Assembly: GCA_032718475.1 (NCBI GenBank)
Contig: JAUCBJ010000680.1
Coordinates: forward strand, 1 to 50,460
Reading direction: 5' to 3'
Length of the DNA: 50,460 bases
Source of the DNA: Nemertoderma westbladi
Lineage: Eukaryota > Animalia > Xenacoelomorpha
Positions within the stretch are counted from its first letter, which is position 1. Every line of letters starts with the position of its first letter. A program made the position numbers and the translations under genes. The notes below the pieces were generated by a model, which had not been told where the DNA came from, searched no databases, and saw only the letters and a list, made by a program, of their open reading frames with translations. Positions 43,901-50,460 of this stretch are shown in pieces.

Positions 43901-46900
43901 CCCTGTCGTGTACCATCCTTCCTTACCCATTGTGTGTCCTTGACGTGTACCATCCTTCCTTACCCATTGTGTGTCCTTGACGTGTACCATCCTTCCTTAC
44001 CCATTGTGTGTCCTTGACGTGTACCATCCTTCCTTACCCATTGTGTGTCCCTGTCGTGTACCATCCTTCCTTACCCATTGTGTGTCCTTGACGTGTACCA
44101 TCCTTCCTTACCCATTGTGTGTCCTTGTCGTGTACCATCCTTCCTTACCCATTGTGTGTCCTTGACGTGTACCATCCTTCCTTACCCATTGTGTGTCCCT
44201 GTCGTGTACCATCCTTCCTTACCCATTGTGTGTCCTTGACGTGTACCATCCTTCCTTACCCATTGTTTGTCCTTGACGTGTACCATCCTTCCTTACCCAT
44301 TGTGTATCCTTGTCGTGTACCATCCTTCCTTACCCATTGTGTGTCCTTGACGTGTACCATCCTTCCTTACCCATTGTGTGTCCCTGTCGTGTACCATCCT
44401 TCCTTACCCATTGTGTGTCCTTGACGTGTACCATCCTTCCTTACCCATTGTGTGTCCTTGACGTGTACCATCCTTCCTTACCCATTGTGTGTCCCTGTCG
44501 TGTACCATCCTTCCTTACCCATTGTGTGTCCTTGACGTGTACCATCCTTCCTTACCCATTGTGTGTCCCTGTCGTGTACCATCCTTCCTTACCCATTGTG
44601 TGTCCTTGACGTGTACCATCCTTCCTTACCCATTGTTTGTCCTTGACGTGTACCATCCTTCCTTACCCATTGTGTATCCTTGTCGTGTACCATCCTTCCT
44701 TACCCATTGTGTGTCCTTGACGTGTACCATCCTTCCTTACCCATTGTGTGTCCCTGTCGTGTACCATCCTTCCTTACCCATTGTGTGTCCTTGACGTGTA
44801 CCATCCTTCCTTACCCATTGTGTGTCCTTGACGTGTACCATCCTTCCTTACCCATTGTGTATCCTTGTCGTGTACCATTTTTCCTTACCCATTGTGTGTC
44901 CTGGTCGTGTACCATCCTTCCTTACCCATTGTGTGTCCTGGTCGTGTACCATCCTTCCTTACCCATTGTGTGTCCTTGACGTGTACCATCCTTCCTTACC
45001 CATTGTGTGTCCTTGACGTGTACCATCCTTCCTTACACATTGTGTGTCCTTGACGTGTACCATCCTTCCTTACCCATTGTGTGTCATGGTCGTGTCTCAT
45101 CCTTCCTTACCCATTGTGTGTCCTTGACGTGTACCATCCTTCCTTACCCATTGTGTGTCCTTGACGTGTACCATCCTTCCTTACACATTGTGTGTCCTTG
45201 ACGTGTACCATCCTTCCTTACCCATTGTGTGTCATGGTCGTGTCTCATCCTTCCTTACCCATTGTGTGTCCTTGACGTGTACCATCCTTCCTTACCCATT
45301 GTGTGTCCTTGTCGTGTACCATCCTTCCTTACCCATTGTGTGTCCTTGACGTGTACCATCATTCCTTACCCATTGTGTGTCCTGGTCGTGTACCATCCTT
45401 CCTTACCCATTGTGTGTCCTGGTCGTGTACCATCCTTCCTTACCCATTGTGTGTCCTTGTCGTGTACCATCCTTCCTTACCCATTGTGTGTCCTTGACGT
45501 GTACCATCCTTCCTTACCCATTGTGTGTCCTGGTCGTGTACCATCCTTCCTTACCCATTGTGTGTCCTGGTCGTGTACCACCTTTCCTTACCCATTGTGT
45601 GTCCTTGACGTGTACCATCCTTCCTTACCCATTGTGTGTCCTTGACGTGTACCATCCTTCCTTACACATTGTGTGTCCTTGACGTGTACCATCCTTCCTT
45701 ACCCATTGTATGTCCCTGTCGTGTACCATCCTTCCTTACCCATTGTGTGTCCTTGACGTGTACCATCCTTCCTTACCCATTGTGTGTCCTTGTCGTGTAC
45801 CATCCTTCCTTACACATTGTTTGTCCTTGACGTGTACCATCCTTCCTTACACATTGTTTGTCCTTGACGTGTACCATCCTTCCTTACCCATTGTGTGTCC
45901 TGGTCGTGTACCGTCCTTCCTTACCCATTGTGTGTCCTTAACGTGTACCATCCTTCCTTACCCATTGTGTGTCCTTGACGTGTACCATCCTTCCTTACCC
46001 ATTGTGTGTCCTTGACGTGTACCATCCTTCCTTACCCATTGTCTGTCCTGGTCGTGTACCATCCTTCCTTACCCATTGTGTGTCCTTGACGTGTACCATC
46101 CTTCCTTACCCATTGTGTGTCCTTGACGTGTACCATCCTTCCTTACCCATTGTGTGTCCTTGTCGTGTACCATCCTTCCTTACCCATTGTGTGTCCTTAA
46201 CGTGTACCATCCTTCCTTACCCATTGTGTGTCCTGGTCGTGTACCATCCTTCCTTACCCATTGTGTGTCCTTAACGTGTACCATCCTTCCTTACCCATTG
46301 TGTGTCCTGGTCGTGTACCATCCTTCCTTACCCATTGTGTGTCCTTGACGTGTACCATCCTTCCTTACCCATTGTGTGTCCTTGACGTGTACCATCCTTC
46401 CTTACCCATTGTGTGTTCTTGACGTGTACCATCCTTCCTTACCCATTGTGTGTCCTTGACGTGTACCATCCTTCCTTACCCATTGTGTGTCCTTGACGTG
46501 TACCATCCTTCCTTACCCATTGTGTGTCCTTGTCGTGTACCATCCTTCCTTACCCATTGTGTGTCCTTGTCGTGTACCATCCTTCCTTACCCATTGTGTG
46601 TCCTTGACGTGTACCATCCTTCCTTACCCATTGTGTGTCCTTGACGTGTACCATCCTTCCTTACCCATTGTGTGTCCTTGACGTGTACCATCCTTCCTTA
46701 CCCATTGTGTGTCCTTGAGGTGTACCATCCTTCCTTACCCATTGTGTGTCCTTGACGTGTACCATCCTTCCTTACCCATTGTGTGTCCTTGACGTGTACC
46801 ATCCTTCCTTACCCATTGTGTGTCCTTGACGTGTACCATCCTTCCTTACCCATTGTGTGTCCTTGTCGTGTACCATCCTTCCTTACCCATTGTGTGTCCT

Positions 46901-48583
46901 TGACGTGTACCATCCTTCCGTACCCATTGTGTGTCCTTGAGGTGTACCATCCTTCCTTACTCATTGTGTGTCCTTGACGTGTACCATCCTTCCTTACCCA
47001 TTGTGTGTCCTTGACGTGTACCATCCTTCCTTACCCATTGTGTGTCCTTGTCGTGTACCATCCTTCCTTACCCATTGTGTGTCCTGGTCGTGTACCATCC
47101 TTCCTTGCCCATTGTGTGTCCTTGAGGTGTACCATCCTTCCTTACTCATTGTGTGTCCTTGACGTGTACCATCCTTCCTTACCCATTGTCTGTCCTGGTC
47201 GTGTACCATCCTTCCTTACCCATTGTGTGTCCTTGTCGTGTACCATCCTTCCTTACCCATTGTGTGTCCTTGACGTGACCATCCTTCCTTACCCATTGTG
47301 TGTCCTTGTCGTGTACCATCCTTCCTTACCCATTGTGTGTCCTTGACGTGACCATCCTTCCTTACCCATTGTGTGTCCTTGACGTGTACCATCCTTCCTT
47401 ACCCATTGTGTGTCCTTGACGTGTACCATCCTTCCTTACCCATTGTGTGTCCTTGACGTGTACCATCCTTCCTTACCCATTGTGTGTCCTTGAGGTGTAC
47501 CATCCTTCCTTACCCATTGTGTGTCCTTGACGTGTACCATCCTTCCTTACCCATTGTGTGTCCTTGACGTGTACCATCCTTCCTTACCCATTGTGTGTCC
47601 TGGTCGTGTACCATCCTTCCTTGCCCATTGTGTGTCCTTGAGGTGTACCATCCTTCCTTACTCATTGTGTGTCCTTGACGTGTACCATCCTTCCTTACCC
47701 ATTGTCTGTCCTGGTCGTGTACCATCCTTCCTTACCCATTGTGTGTCCTTGTCGTGTACCATCCTTCCTTACCCATTGTGTGTCCTTGACGTGACCATCC
47801 TTCCTTACCCATTGTGTGTCCTTGTCGTGTACCATCCTTCCTTACCCATTGTGTGTCCTTGACGTGACCATCCTTCCTTACCCATTGTGTGTCCTTGACG
47901 TGTACCATCCTTCCTTACCCATTGTGTGTCCTTGACGTGTACCATCCTTCCTTACCCATTGTGTGTCCTTGACGTGTACCATCCTTCCTTACCCATTGTG
48001 TGTCCTTGAGGTGTACCATCCTTCCTTACCCATTGTGTGTCCTTGACGTGTACCATCCTTCCTTACCCATTGTGTGTCCTTGACGTGTACCATCCTTCCT
48101 TTCCCATAGTGTGTCCTTGTCGTGTACCATCCTTCCTTACCCATTGTGTGTCCTGTTCGTGTACCATCCTTCCTTACCCATTGTGTGTCCTGGTCGTGTA
48201 CCATCCTTCCTTACCCATTGTGTGTCCTTGACGTGTACCATCCGTCCTTACTCATTGTGTGTCCTTGACGTGTACCATCCTTCCTTACCCATTGTGTGTC
48301 CTTGACGTGTACCATCCTTCCGTACCCATTGTGTGTCCTTGAGGTGTACCATCCTTCCTTACCCATTGTGTGTCCTTGACGTGTACCATCCTTCCTTACC
48401 CATTGTGTGTCCTTGACGTGTACCATCCTTCCTTACCCATTGTGTGTCCTTGACGTGTACCATCCTTCCTTACCCATTGTGTGTCCTTGACGTGTACCAT
48501 CCTTCCTTACCCATTGTGTGTCCTTGACGTGTCTCATCCTTCCTTTCCCATTGTGTGTCCTGGTCGTGTACCATCCTTACCCA
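34908..48583. repeat. 37-bp satellite (gtgtgtccttgacgtgtaccatccttccttacccatt)n, about 13.7 kb, roughly 370 copies, intronic
   Basis: Direct reading. Main variants are tga/ggt/tgt before cgtg. Higher-order block duplications are present. Confidence 0.99.
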
Positions 48584-49180
48584 CTCTACTGTCCCCGGGT
48601 CGTTTCCCAAGTTGTTTTGGTTCCTATTTATAAACCAGTCAAGGATGAAATCCAGGGTTGGGCTAGGCTAGGCTAATAACTAAAAATAGTGAATAACTAA
48701 AAATACTAACTGCGGAGGTTGCACCCTACCAACTAACAACTTGAAACAAACTGAGTAACTGATTAACTGACCAATTATATAATAATAATAAAAAATTATT
48801 TTATAATAATATAATAAATTGTAATTCTAATTAAATCATAATTTATGTTAAAATGTAGTTAAAATATGTCGCAGAAAGTAAATGAATTGTCTAATTAACC
48901 TGTTCATTTCTGAAACTTATTTATCTTATTATAAATTTATGGCTAGGGTTGAAATTATTTTGGTTACTTATCTAGATACCCATTGTTTATTATATCCTAG
49001 GCTTATTATTGTTAAATCAGTGGTTTATTATGTATCTGCCCGTGTACTGTACTTGTACCGTACTGTACTGTAGATAAGGGTGCTTCACCCTTTTTGCAGA
49101 CTTAGGACTGTTGTTTTGAGGTCTGGTTTCGCACCGGATTGAAAATGCTTTATAGCTTTTAATGAACAATTCCCTTGATT

Positions 49181-49577
49181 AAAAATACCGGCACTTTTCA
49201 AAATTATGAGCCTGAAAAAATTAAATCACCATGTCCAATTGTTATTCAAAACTAAAAGTCAGGTCAATAAAAACTCAAAAAATAGTATTTTTTTAACATT
49301 CTGTCATTTGGTTTTCGAGATATTGGCTTTTTTTACCATTTTTTAATACCGGCACTTTTCAAAAATATGCACCCAAAAAAATTTAATAACCATATCCAAT
49401 TATTATTCAAAAGTGAAAGGAAGGTCAAGACAAACACAAATATAGTATTTTTTAAATATTTTGACATTTGGTTTTCAGGATATCGGCATTTTTCATTTTT
49501 TGAAAAATACCGGTGGCAATTTTCAAAATTATGTGTCGGACAAAATTAAATCACCATGTCAAATTGTTATTCAAAAC
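49181..49577. repeat. Diverged ~160-bp tandem repeat x2.5 (AT-rich, probably internal to a TE)
   Basis: aataccgg..ttttcaaaa..atg...aatt.aa..accat.tc.aatt.ttattcaaaa recurs near 49183, 49345 and 49506. Confidence 0.8.
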
Positions 49578-49589
49578 AATTTGATTTAA

Positions 49590-50442
49590 CCCCCCGGACA
49601 GTAGCACCGTGGGTGCATTATTAGGACGGTAGCCCCCCGGACAGTAGCACCGTGGGTGCATTATTAGGACAGTGGCCCCCCGGACAGTAGCACCGTGGGT
49701 GCATTATTAGGACGGTAGCCCCCCGGACAGTAGCACCGTGGGTGCATTATTAGGACGGTAGCCCCCCGGACAGTAGCACCGTGGGTGCATTATTAGGACG
49801 GTAGCCCCCCGGACAGTAGCCCCCCGGACAGTAGATCCCCGGACAGAAGCACCGTGGGTGCATTATTAGGACAGTAGCCCCCCGGACAGTAGCACCGTGG
49901 GTGCATTATTAGGACGGTAGCCCCCCGGACAGTAGCACCGTGGGTGCATTATTAGGACGGTAGCCCCCCGGACAGTAGCCCCCCGGACAGTAGATCCCCG
50001 GACAGTAGCACCGTGGGTGCATTATTGGGACGGTAGCCCCCCGGACAGTAGATCCCCGGACAGTAGCACCGTGGGTGCATTATTATGACAGTAGCCCCCC
50101 GGACAGTAGCACCGTGGGTGCATTATTAGGACAGTAGCCCCCCCCCCCCCCCGGCCAGTAGCACCATGGGTGCATTATTAGGACAGTAGCCCCCCGGTCA
50201 GTAGCACCGTGGGTGCATTATTAGTACAGTAGCCCCCCGGACAGTAGCACCATGGGTGCATTATTAGGACGGTAGCCCCCCGGACAGTAGATCCCCGGAC
50301 AGTAGCACCGTGGGTGCATTATTAGGACGGTAGCCCCCGGACAGTAGATCCCCGGACAGTAGCACCGTGGGTGCATTATTAGGACGGTAGCCCCCCGGAC
50401 AGTAGATCCCCGGACAGTAGCACCGTGGGTGCATTATTAGAC
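49590..50442. repeat. 43-bp minisatellite (ccccccggacagtagcaccgtgggtgcattattaggacggtag)n with extra 15-bp sub-units
   Basis: Direct reading; each unit carries the hairpin gcacc-gtg-ggtgc. Confidence 0.95.
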
Positions 50443-50460
50443 TGATTCATTTCTTTTTGA

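Noticed and set aside
34902-48426. Well over a hundred short Cys/Pro-rich ORFs (CTILPYPLCVL...)
   Set aside because: Translations of the 37-bp satellite, which lies after a canonical splice donor.
49590-50442. CRISPR-like hairpin repeat
   Set aside because: No unique spacers; a plain modular minisatellite.

Overview
Animal (probably invertebrate) nuclear DNA, not prokaryotic. Positions 1-10.6 kb are the 3' part of an apparently intact BEL/Pao LTR retrotransposon. It has a single gag-pol ORF that stays open past the left edge, a hairpin-rich tandem spacer, then an unexpected second ORF (DEDDy-type 3'-5' exonuclease plus three CCHC zinc knuckles) where an env gene would usually sit, then a PPT and a candidate 3' LTR that abuts a 17-bp palindromic satellite. 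From 12.4 kb onward, 17 phase-compatible GT-AG exons (1540 codons) encode part of a large spectrin-repeat protein (nesprin/MSP-300-like). One 11.7-kb intron holds three intronless ORFs: an antisense protein with Q/P/H repeats and four cold-shock-like domains, and same-strand TIMM10B and COG3. The last intron begins with a 13.7-kb array of a 37-bp unit that appears to be an amplification of the 5' splice-site region. Several MITEs, an eroded RTE LINE and other minisatellites fill the introns. The best candidate for an undescribed system is the BEL/Pao exonuclease-zinc-knuckle cassette with its hairpin array. All family assignments come from motifs recognised by eye; no searches were run.
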